64,000 nucleotides of DNA from Eledone cirrhosa (taxonomy: Eukaryota), in the NCBI GenBank assembly GCA_964016885.1, contig OZ024743.1:43338001-43402000 (forward strand). Reading direction: 5' to 3'. The notes under the pieces are model-generated. The model ran no database searches. It was given only the letters and a program-made list of their open reading frames with translations, and had not been told where the DNA came from. Positions 11,502 through 22,543 of the stretch are shown here, piece after piece (the stretch's first letter is position 1; the number at the start of each line of letters is the position of its first letter). The position numbers were made by a program, and so were the translations under genes.

Positions 11502-13655
11502 CTACCCCCCCGGGTCATTATGGGGTTTGAGGGCGAGGTAAGTCCTACGCAATCTATGTTTACATGCAGTAACCAGTTCATCTTTCTTGTTTAGGAGTTG
11601 GTCCGTCGAAAACAGCATTTGTAAAGTTTCCTCCGAGCATAAATTGCACGGACGGCGTCCTCCCGTGTAAGAATTGGCTCTGGACAGTAATCTCCAAGTG
11701 AGATCATAGGTGATGTTGTTGTCCTTGAGGTCCCATATGTGGCCCGAAAGTGTAGTGGCGTGACGCCGGGCCGGGTTTCGGAAGGTATGTCTATGTTGGT
11801 ATAGCCGGGTCTTGAAGTCACATGCGGTAAGTCCTATATAGGCTTTGTTGGAGGTATCCGTCCTCACGTTGCACTGGTAGATCACATTACGGTCTCTGCA
11901 TCTATTGTCGAGTGGGCAAATAGATCTATCCGGGCAGTTACACCTCCTGGTCGGTTCTCCACTGCTATTTAGGTTATTTCTGCCATCGGGGTTGAGTTTT
12001 TTGTTGTTAGAGGAGACGATGTTTTGTGCGAAGTTTGGTGTAGTGCTGTAAGAGAGTTTGATGGTATTTTTGTTAATTATGTTGTGGTAGCGGTGTTGTA
12101 ATGGGAAGTGTTTTTCAATGAGCCTAAAGAATAGTTTCCCGATGGGAGTAGTCACCTCTGCGTTGTGGGGAGGATTGAACCATGTTACATTGCGTGAGCG
12201 GCGGTGTCTCCTGCTGGTTCCGCTAATGGGATCTGGACAGTAGGATATTTCCTCCCGGAAACCACTCCGCTTGAGGGCCTGGTTGTAATAAGGCGCATGT
12301 TCATCGAATATCCGCTCATTAGCTGACAAACGGGATATGCGGAGGGAGATGTTTTTGACCAGGTTGTTTGTGATGTTCCTAGGATGGTTTGATCGGCGGT
12401 GGATGTAGTGCAGATTGTCATTAGGTTTCCTGTATGGGTAGTACAGGTCGTTTTCGAGGTCGAGGGTTACGTCCAGGAAGTTTACTCGGGTCAGGGACGT
12501 TTGTAGGGTTATTTTAAATCCCCAGTCGCGGAAGAATCTGATTAATTGTTTCCGGACCCGATCTGTACTACTGGGGTTGTACCCTTTAAGGGTAAGGAGC
12601 CCATCATCACGGTACAATCCACCACCGAATGCAGGAAACATATCAGTGAGTTTGGCTATTAGGAATAATCCTATAAGATCAGTGACCTCCGCCGAATCCG
12701 TGGCGCCCATGCTGACGTCGAAGGGTGAGTCGGGAGCTCTTTTTATCCATTTAGAGTCGTCAAAGAGTAAGACTGTCTTCCTGGCGTGGGGGATGATTTT
12801 TCTTTCCTGGTCGGTGATGGGCACGAGTGTTTCGGCGAAGTCCAAGGCGGCAGTAAGTAGCGGTAAGGTGATTGAAGCATAGTAGCTCTCTATGTCGAAC
12901 TGTATGAATTTAGTTTCTCGTTTATCCTCCATATTGCTGAACCAGGAGATTACTTCCTGGGTGTTGATCCATAGGCTAAGTCGGGTGTGTTGCTTGACTT
13001 TTGGTATCACGCGGTCTAGGATTTTTTTGCTGATTCTCCCTATGTCGGACTTCGTTGGGTTAATAAGCCTGATGGAGGGTTTACGGTCAAAATCGGATTT
13101 ATGGTCCTTCAGTGTGAAGTATGGTGTCCGTGGGTCTAGAGGTTCCGTGCGGTCGGCGACCCCGAGGCTGGAGGTGATTTGTTGTCCATCTCGATTTATG
13201 TCCTCGATGCAAGAGTGGTTGGCCTTTTTATAGGTGGAGTTTAGGCTGCTCCTGATCAGTGTGTGGTATCTGTCAGGGTTGACAAAGTATAGGTTCCCAG
13301 TTTTATCCGAATGCACCATGATGTCATTTGTGTTATCATACTCTGTTAAGTTGCTACGGAGTTTTTGTAGGAATCGGTTGTGTCTGGGTTTAAATTTAAT
13401 ATTCTTGACCAGTTGGAAGAGGTCATTCTCGAAGGGTGCGAGCAAGGGGTTCAGGGGCGGAGATTTGTAGGTAATAAATCCGAATCTCTCCTTGGTGCCG
13501 AAGTCTTGGTTGTCGCAATATCTGTCATAGAAAAAAGTTCTCCATCTAAGTCTTTTCGCAAATAGATCAATTTTTTGCGTGAGCATCCGAAGGTAAAGTT
13601 TTTTCGGTGGGATTGGGATGTTCTTGGTAGAGAAGTCAATGTTGTGTTTTCGCAT
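11502..13655 (-). CDS. Intact PLE polyprotein, RT + GIY-YIG endonuclease (717 aa, Naiad-like)
   Basis: ATG at 13655 (MRKHNIDFSTKNIPIP); HSDKT, QFDIESYY, MGA..SAEV.DL.G, YRDDG, NFLDVTL, WFNPP, CNC..C..C, VIYQC..AYIGLT, CNLC, CKH; no stops. Confidence 0.93.
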   Translation of the reverse strand: MRKHNIDFSTKNIPIPPKKLYLRMLTQKIDLFAKRLRWRTFFYDRYCDNQDFGTKERFGFITYKSPPLNPLLAPFENDLFQLVKNIKFKPRHNRFLQKLRSNLTEYDNTNDIMVHSDKTGNLYFVNPDRYHTLIRSSLNSTYKKANHSCIEDINRDGQQITSSLGVADRTEPLDPRTPYFTLKDHKSDFDRKPSIRLINPTKSDIGRISKKILDRVIPKVKQHTRLSLWINTQEVISWFSNMEDKRETKFIQFDIESYYASITLPLLTAALDFAETLVPITDQERKIIPHARKTVLLFDDSKWIKRAPDSPFDVSMGATDSAEVTDLIGLFLIAKLTDMFPAFGGGLYRDDGLLTLKGYNPSSTDRVRKQLIRFFRDWGFKITLQTSLTRVNFLDVTLDLENDLYYPYRKPNDNLHYIHRRSNHPRNITNNLVKNISLRISRLSANERIFDEHAPYYNQALKRSGFREEISYCPDPISGTSRRHRRSRNVTWFNPPHNAEVTTPIGKLFFRLIEKHFPLQHRYHNIINKNTIKLSYSTTPNFAQNIVSSNNKKLNPDGRNNLNSSGEPTRRCNCPDRSICPLDNRCRDRNVIYQCNVRTDTSNKAYIGLTACDFKTRLYQHRHTFRNPARRHATTLSGHIWDLKDNNITYDLTWRLLSRANSYTGGRRPCNLCSEETLQMLFSTDQLLNKKDELVTACKHRLRRTYLALKPHNDPGG

Positions 13656-13840
13656 GGTGCGGGTGAAATGAATTGAGCTTAGCGGAAAAGTCTGGATACG
13701 GCGTGGTAGGGTCGGAAAGTGCTCTACTACGGGAGTAGGAGCTAGATAACGAAGGAAATGTGGTAAGGAACCAGGTGGACCATAACGCACCAAAGTACTC
13801 AATACTTGAGGTAGTAGAGTGGGTAATAGGAACCAGTAAG

Positions 13841-13934
13841 ACCCCGACAGCTGAGCTCAAGCCGTTTCGACGGCTAATTCTGGACTAAATGAACATTTAT
13901 CCTGGTATTTAAATAGCCGATCTTCTCAAGGGGT
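13841..13934 (-). ncRNA. Type I hammerhead ribozyme (family A, upstream pLTR)
   Basis: Identical to 10307-10400; predicted cleavage lies about 190 nt upstream of the ORF ATG. Confidence 0.85.
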
Positions 13935-15036
13935 AATTCCATATATGGTCAAAGTGATTGTCAAAAATCAGTAGTAATTCTGTGGTTGCAAATTAGTAGG
14001 GGAGATGGTGGCTAAACCTGCCAGTAGGAGAAAGAGGGGAGGGGGTGGAGTAGACCCAATCAAGCGTTGGTAGTGCCAGCTACAGCTGGGCATGAGGTCA
14101 AAGAAGATACAGGGGAGGGGGAGGGGGAGGAAGTCGGAACGGTAGGTAGAACAATGGGGGGTAAAAATAGGAAAGAAAAAATACTGAGAGTGAAGAAAAG
14201 CAAATAAGTGTAAAGAAAAAATTAAATTCTACGACCTAGGTGTCAGGCTATTGTTAGGCGAGAATAAAATAAAGAAAGAAAGAAAGAAAGAAGTAAATAA
14301 ATAAATAAATAAATAAATAAGGAAATAAGTAAAAGAACTAGGTGGGACGAATTAGGCAAGGACCCTTTTAAGAGGTATAAGTACGTAAATGATACGGTGA
14401 CTGGTCAACAAAAGGGGCCAAAATACTAAAGAGACTACCACGAAATAAACAATAAAGGTTTCCATCCCGGGCCAGCAACGACCCAGTGCAGCAAAGTGAA
14501 CTTGTACGACATAATAATTCTGAGTCCCGGGAAAAATATATACTAATGCTAACTCTAAAAGATCTAAAACAAGCTACATGAAAGTTCGTACGAAATAAAG
14601 GTAGAATACGGAGAAATAAGTTCAGAATCCACCCCGCCCAGAAGAAAAGCGAAGCAAGAAATACTGAAACGAAAAAATAAGGCATAAGTGCCACTAAGAA
14701 ATATAGAGGGCACAGAGAATAGTGGGAGCGGTCGGAAAAGGGGGGCAAGTATCCGGGGTCTAAGCCAACTGCTATAAAGGGCGGAGTCCGCCAAATCTAT
14801 CAAAGACTAGGGGAGGGGGGAGTGGGGGTACTAAGGCTACATGGGGCCAAAGGGCAGCCTCGGGTGGGCGAGAAAAGACGCCGACAAAGGAGAAGAGCTG
14901 GGGTAGAAGGACAAAGGAGAGAGGGGGGAAGGAAATAAAGGATGCGATAAAAGAATACAAAGAAGATCTTACGTCTTCCTTGGCAAGCAGGGGTTACCCA
15001 TTGCAAAATCGGCAACTGGGGTGTTATAGCCCTAGT

Positions 15037-15473
15037 CTACCCCCCCGGGTCATTATGGGGTTTGAGGGCGAGGTAAGTCCTACGCAATCTATGTTTACAT
15101 GCAGTAACCAGTTCATCTTTCTTGTTTAGGAGTTGGTCCGTCGAAAACAGCATTTGTAAAGTTTCCTCCGAGCATAAATTGCACGGACGGCGTCCTCCCG
15201 TGTAAGAATTGGCTCTGGACAGTAATCTCCAAGTGAGATCATAGGTGATGTTGTTGTCCTTGAGGTCCCATATGTGGCCCGAAAGTGTAGTGGCGTGACG
15301 CCGGGCCGGGTTTCGGAAGGTATGTCTATGTTGGTATAGCCGGGTCTTGAAGTCACATGCGGTAAGTCCTATATAGGCTTTGTTGGAGGTATCCGTCCTC
15401 ACGTTGCACTGGTAGATCACATTACGGTCTCTGCATCTATTGTCGAGTGGGCAAATAGATCTATCCGGGCAGT
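15037..15473 (-). pseudogene. GIY-YIG-only 3' fragment of family A ORF (partial second unit)
   Basis: Identical translation to the C-terminus of 11502-13655. Confidence 0.9.
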
Positions 15474-15488
15474 TTACGGTCAAAATCG

Positions 15489-17081
15489 GATTTTGACCGT
15501 AAACCCTCCATCAGGCTTATTAACCCAACGAAGTCCGACATAGGGAGAATCAGCAAAAAAATCCTAGACCGCGTGATACCAAAAGTCAAGCAACACACCC
15601 GACTTAGCCTATGGATCAACACCCAGGAAGTAATCTCCTGGTTCAGCAATATGGAGGATAAACGAGAAACTAAATTCATACAGTTCGACATAGAGAGCTA
15701 CTATGCTTCAATCACCTTACCGCTACTTACTGCCGCCTTGGACTTCGCCGAAACACTCGTGCCCATCACCGACCAGGAAAGAAAAATCATCCTCCACGCC
15801 AGGAAGACAGTCTTACTCTTTGACGACTCTAAATGGATAAAAAGAGCTCCCGACTCACCCTTCGACGTCAGCATGGGCGCCACGGATTCGGCGGAGGTCA
15901 CTGATCTTATAGGATTATTCCTAATAGCCAAACTCACTGATATGTTTCCTGCATTCGGTGGTGGATTGTACCGTGATGATGGGCTCCTTACCCTTAAAGG
16001 GTACAACCCCAGTAGTACAGATCGGGTCCGGAAACAATTAATCAGATTCTTCCGCGACTGGGGATTTAAAATAACCCTACAAACGTCCCTGACCCGAGTA
16101 AACTTCCTGGACGTAACCCTCGACCTCGAAAACGACCTGTACTACCCATACAGGAAACCTAATGACAATCTGCACTACATCCACCGCCGATCAAACCATC
16201 CTAGGAACATCACAAACAACCTGGTCAAAAACATCTCCCTCCGCATATCCCGTTTGTCAGCTAATGAGCGGATATTCGATGAACATGCGCCTTATTACAA
16301 CCAGGCCCTCAAGCGGAGTGGTTTCCGGGAGGAAATATCCTACTGTCCAGATCCCATTAGCGGAACCAGCAGGAGACACCGCCGCTCACGCAATGTAACA
16401 TGGTTCAATCCTCCCCACAACGCAGAGGTGACTACTCCCATCGGGAAACTATTCTTTAGGCTCATTGAAAAACACTTCCCATTACAACACCGCTACCACA
16501 ACATAATTAACAAAAATACCATCAAACTCTCTTACAGCACTACACCAAACTTCGCACAAAACATCGTCTCCTCTAACAACAAAAAACTCAACCCCGATGG
16601 CTGAAATAACCTAAATAGCAGTGGAGAACCGACCAGGAGGTGTAACTGCCCAGATAGATCTATTTGCCCACTCGACAATAGATGCAGAGACCGTAATGTG
16701 ATCTACCAGTGCAACGTGAGGACGGATACCTCCAACAAAGCCTATATAGGACTTACCGCATGTGACTTCAAGACCCGGCTATACCAACATAGACATACCT
16801 TCCGAAACCCGGCCCGGCGTCACGCCACTACACTTTCGGGCCACATATTGGACCTCAAGGACAACAACATCACCTATGATCTCACTTGGAGATTACTGTC
16901 CAGAGCCAATTCTTACACGGGAGGATGCCGTCCGTGCAATTTATGCTCGGAGGAAACTTTACAAATGCTGTTTTCGACGGACCAACTCCTAAACAAGAAA
17001 GATGAACTGGTCACTGCATGTAAACATAGATTGCGTAGGACTTACCTCGCCCTCAAACCCCATAATGACCCGGGGGGGTAG
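15489..17081 (+). pseudogene. 5'-truncated family A ORF with nonsense codon
   Basis: Same protein as 11502-13655; AGA>TGA at 16602-16604. Confidence 0.9.
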
Positions 17082-18183
17082 ACTAGGGCTATAACACCCC
17101 AGTTGCCGATTTTGCAATGGGTAACCCCTGCTTGCCAAGGAAGACGTAAGATCTTCTTTGTATTCTTTTATCGCATCCTTTATTTCCTTCCCCCCTCTCT
17201 CCTTTGTCCTTCTACCCCAGCTCTTCTCCTTTGTCGGCGTCTTTTCTCGCCCACCCGAGGCTGCCCTTTGGCCCCATGTAGCCTTAGTACCCCCACTCCC
17301 CCCTCCCCTAGTCTTTGATAGATTTGGCGGACTCCGCCCTTTATAGCAGTTGGCTTAGACCCCGGATACTTGCCCCCCTTTTCCGACCGCTCCCACTATT
17401 CTCTGTGCCCTCTATATTTCTTAGTGGCACTTATGCCTTATTTTTTCGTTTCAGTATTTCTTGCTTCGCTTTTCTTCTGGGCGGGGTGGATTCTGAACTT
17501 ATTTCTCCGTATTCTACCTTTATTTCGTACGAACTTTCATGTAGCTTGTTTTAGATCTTTTAGAGTTAGCATTAGTATATATTTTTCCCGGGACTCAGAA
17601 TTATTATGTCGTACAAGTTCACTTTGCTGCACTGGGTCGTTGCTGGCCCGGGATGGAAACCTTTATTGTTTATTTCGTGGTAGTCTCTTTAGTATTTTGG
17701 CCCCTTTTGTTGACCAGTCACCGTATCATTTACGTACTTATACCTCTTAAAAGGGTCCTTGCCTAATTCGTCCCACCTAGTTCTTTTACTTATTTCCTTA
17801 TTTATTTATTTATTTATTTATTTACTTCTTTCTTTCTTTCTTTCTTTATTTTATTCTTGCCTAACAATAGCCTGACACCTAGGTCGTAGAATTTAATTTT
17901 TTCTTTACACTTATTTGCTTTTCTTCACTCTCAGTATTTTTTCTTTCCTATTTTTACCCCCCATTGTTCTACCTACCGTTCCGACTTCCTCCCCCTCCCC
18001 CTCCCCTGTATCTTCTTTGACCTCATGCCCAGCTGTAGCTGGCACTACCAACGCTTGATTGGGTCTACTCCACCCCCTCCCCTCTTTCTCCTACTGGCAG
18101 GTTTAGCCACCATCTCCCCTACTAATTTGCAACCACAGAATTACTACTGATTTTTGACAATCACTTTGACCATATATGGAATT

Positions 18184-18277
18184 ACCCCTTGAGAAGATCG
18201 GCTATTTAAATACCAGGATAAATGTTCATTTAGTCCAGAATTAGCCGTCGAAACGGCTTGAGCTCAGCTGTCGGGGT
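18184..18277 (+). ncRNA. Type I hammerhead ribozyme (family A, inverted arm)
   Basis: Same fold; GUC cleavage predicted after 18272. Confidence 0.85.
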
Positions 18278-18369
18278 CTTACTGGTTCCTATTACCCACT
18301 CTACTACCTCAAGTATTGAGTACTTTGGTGCGTTATGGTCCACCTGGTTCCTTACCACATTTCCTTCGT

Positions 18370-18425
<56 letters not shown>

Positions 18426-18464
18426 TATACACACACACACACACACACACAAAGATATATATAT

Positions 18465-18931
18465 GTAAGTATGTATACGTACATATATATATATGTATTT
18501 CAGGCGTACAGTTGTATGTATATATATACATACATGCACGTATATATATATATACGTAGGTATGGGTTTACCGAACATTTATTATAATGTTCGGTTTGTT
18601 TGCAAACAAACAGCCCGGACAGTGTTCGGCAACCATCGTTGCCCGTTTGTTCAACAAAGGAACGATGAACTAGTTTCAAGCTTATTAGCTATCTTCACCA
18701 TCGTATACCTTCCTGTCAGATGATTGAACGCTTGAAAGTATATACGTTCCTTATGCATATTAACGGCTGAGCAGCCTAATTTGCATATCGAGTGAGTTAG
18801 TCGGCCGGGCGTATCGAAATCAATAAATGGAAAAGAATGAAATTAAATTTCATTTCTCACTCTTAATACGGCTGATACTTAAATGTAAGTATGTATACGT
18901 ACATACATATATGTATACACACGTACAGTAG

Positions 18932-18987
<56 letters not shown>

Positions 18988-19630
18988 CATGCACACATCT
19001 ATATATGTACGTATGGGTTGACCGGACATTTATTATAATGTTCGGTTTGTTTGTAAACAAACATCCCGAATTAAGCCGTACAGTGTTCGTCAACCATCGT
19101 TGCCCTTTTGTTCAACACTGACAAGGAACGATGAACTAGTTTCAAGCTTATTAACTATAGTCAACATCCTATACCTTCCAGTCAGAAGAGTGAACGTCGC
19201 CCGGCCGACTAACTAGCTCGATATGCAAATTAGGCTGCTCAACCGTTAATATGCCTAAGGAAAGTATATACTTTCAAACGTTCAATCATCTGACAGGAAG
19301 GTATACGATGCTGACGATAGCTAATAAGCTTGAAACTAGTTCATCGTTCCTTTGGCAGTGTTGAACAAAAGGGCAACGATAGTTGCTGAACACTGTATGG
19401 CTTAATTCGAGCTGTTTGTTTACATACAAACCGAACATTATAATAAATGTTCGGTAAACCCATACGTACATATATATATATATATATATATATGTGTGCA
19501 TGTATGTATATATATATACATACTACTGTACGTCTGTATACATATATGTATGTACGTATACATACTTATATTTAAGTAACAGCCGAACTAAGAGTAAGAA
19601 ATTAAGTTTCATTTAGTTCTTTTCGATATA
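18465..19630. repeat. Non-coding ~350-400 bp unit: two direct copies plus one inverted copy
   Basis: gggtttaccgaacatttattataatgttcgg...aggaacgatgaactagtttcaagcttatta at about 18565 and 19015 (+) and 19320-19465 (-). Confidence 0.8.
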
Positions 19631-19644
19631 AATATAAATATATG

Positions 19645-19923
<279 letters not shown>

Positions 19924-20639
19924 GTATATTTCAAGTACTCAACCTACAAAGAAACACATCAATGATTGGAGATTAAGACCAGAATACATCACAGCATGTA
20001 CGAACGTACGTATGCTATCAATCTCACAATATTCTATTTAACTCTCTCTCATTCGTTAATATGTTCACTGAATCCTACTTGTAAACAATTTTATTTCATA
20101 CAACCTTAAGACGTGCTGTCACTAATATAATAAATGTTAATCAATTTACCGTAACATTTGGCAAACTATAACACTTCTGCAACATTTCTCTATATTTGAA
20201 AAGGTTATGTACGCATATTGTAATATCTACATGACATTCGCCTTATAATAGCAACAAAGCCATTAGCGAAGTCAAGGCTACTTAATTGACAAGTATTTAA
20301 TTATGTTGTAATTTATGAGAGCAAAGCGATTTATACGCGAGAAATGCGTAGAGTCCCGAAAGTGATCCATAATCATTTTCAAGTACCGGTATTTGATTTC
20401 AATTAGAAAGATTTGGAGACAGAGGAGGTGCAAGTAGTAATGGGATTTAAATGTTGGGCAAAGACTCATGTTATTCACACGTGATCGACATGGCACTGAT
20501 ACAGTCGCGTTATGACGACGATATAGCACAGTGGTGTGTCCAGAGAAGTCTTTCACTTCAAGTCAACTAAATTGGCTAATATAGTGACTTGCAGGTACCA
20601 CCCGCTTGAAACAGAAAAGAAACTCTAAATTATAAAAGC

Positions 20640-21900
20640 TGCTCACCAATGCTGAGGTTAGTAGAAATACTAGGTCTGTGTGTGTGGCGTAGATCCACGA
20701 AGCGTTGTAGAGAACAGAGACCAACATCGTGAAGGATGTTAGTCTAGAAAAAAGTGGTGTCCCACACGAGTATGTAACTAGATGACCAAAGAGCGAATGT
20801 GAAATAGCCGAAATATCGAATGGTAATCTTTAAATCACGAATGTGGGAGAGGTTAGAGACTAGTTTTGAAAGAATGGAATCAAGATATTTTAATATAAGC
20901 TCAGCGATGCAATTGCAGATGGGGATGATAGAGCGGCCATAGTTGTGAGGTTTGCGTATCTTGCGGAGAAAGTAGATGGTAGGTGTGCAAGTTATTCGGA
21001 GAAAGCGGTTAGTGACAGTGCAGGGGTGAAGAGAGGATGAGATAAGTAGTAGAGAATGCGAGTTCTTGGTGAAACAAAAATGGAGTGGTGCAACGCATGG
21101 TGGCAGAATCTCACGAAGTAGCGGAGGCTGCTTAACTAACCAGGTCTCTCTATCCAATATGACAGTCAGCAATTGGGTCGCATGAAAAATACTATATAAG
21201 CCGATCTGGTAAGCCATAGAAGACATTGAATTTTGTTTAACGCAGCATCCATCAACGTCGGTAGTCTTTCAAAATTATCACAGTTTGCTTGTGATATACA
21301 TGAATTGCCAAGTTCTACCAAGACGGCAGCTCAGCTTCAGAGAAAAGTAGGTCCACTAGTAGTGATACCTCAATATGGATTGTGCATATGAAAGCTGGAG
21401 TAGGGCAGGTGCTGTAGAGGTGTGACGTATGAGGGGACATGTATGTTTAAGTGGCGTACAAAGTATGTGTAAGTGGCGCGTTAGTGGGTTCAGGGCTAGA
21501 AGAGATCTGGGTGGGTGCCCTGGTATCTGGAGAAGGAGAAAATGACTGGAGTTCGTGGGGTTTTTTGTGGACGTCAGTAATTTAACAAGAGGTTAGTGGT
21601 GATTGAGAAGGAAGTGTACGAGACACTGGACTAGGAATGGGAGACAACTAAAAGAGATTGTGGGCTTTGGGAAAGTTGTGGTCAAGGGAGTGGATCTGAG
21701 AGAGTGTAGACAGAAGAGTCTCTTGGAAATGATGGCGGGTAGAGTAGGAAACGCTTCGTTCGATGGAGAGTTGGTCTAGCAGATAACGTGGAAATGCAAG
21801 CCAAATCCTTGAGGAATGAGCTTGTGTTGGAAGTAGCGTGTTATAAGTGTGAGGTGACTCTAATAGCAAGTTTTTGATAAGGGGGTGCTGGAGAGACGCA
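20640..21900 (-). mobile_element. Highly degenerate Penelope-like element (Neptune-like RT N-terminal part)
   Basis: TPTIYFLRKIRKPHNYGRSII..C..ELILKYLDSIL..LVS.LSHIRD resembles PLE RT motifs 1-2. Confidence 0.6.
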
Positions 21901-22483
21901 ACAAAGATTGGATAAGCGACAAATGTGGCCTAAAAAGAGATTTTCCTTGATCTTCTATTTTGAGGCCAGCCTTTACCTTATCACCCCACATTTTCCTGTG
22001 ATTAATTCTTCAAATATTTCGATCAATTTTGATTACCCTACACTTCATTTTAGATAAGTATTGCATGTATAATTCCTTATTCACCAGATTTTCTTACCAC
22101 CTGACTCACACTCTAGCTACTGTGTATTCGGAACAACCTTCACTGCTATAATCCCATCTATGTAGCGGAAACTGTTAACAACATCTAAAAACATCTGACT
22201 GTCTGTTTTGTGTGGGAATTTGCTGCTTACTGCATCTGTACATTTGACATTCATACAAGCTACATCCATGCAAACCTGCCCGAGATTTCACTACTGCCCA
22301 TGTATATACATAATCTACATTGTTTGAAATGTCTAACCCTTAGAATGTTTGTTGTACAGTATGGCCATTTCCTCTGTAGAATCAGGACGCTCTCCTCTTT
22401 CCCTCACACAAACGGATGTAGATATGTACATGTACAATTCGATGGCAGTTGAGTCTCCTGGGTTCCTCTGCAATTTGACGGGT

Positions 22484-22543
22484 TTTGCTTTTCCTCCCAC
22501 GGAATGTCCAAATCGTTGGACATTCCGTGGGAGGAAAAGCAAA
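22484..22543. repeat. Perfect 28-bp inverted repeat with 4-nt loop
   Basis: tttgcttttcctcccacggaatgtccaa-atcg-ttggacattccgtgggaggaaaagcaaa. Confidence 0.95.

Larger units (their letters stand above)
10292..18372 (-). mobile_element. Composite Naiad-like PLE family A: about 1.5 tandem units (minus strand, 10292-15473) plus inverted 2.9-kb arm (plus strand, 15489-18372)
   Basis: Direct repeat with about 3534-bp period (10293 vs 13827); inverted near-identical copy; three HHRs; (TA)n at both ends. Confidence 0.95.

Noticed and set aside
13656-13802. N-terminal 49 aa of the 766-aa ORF call
   Set aside because: Starts at TTG within the pLTR tail/5' UTR; the conserved protein begins at ATG 13655
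16602-16604. In-frame TGA in family A inverted arm as selenocysteine
   Set aside because: Other copies have AGA (Arg) here, it is not a Cys position and no SECIS was seen; simple nonsense mutation
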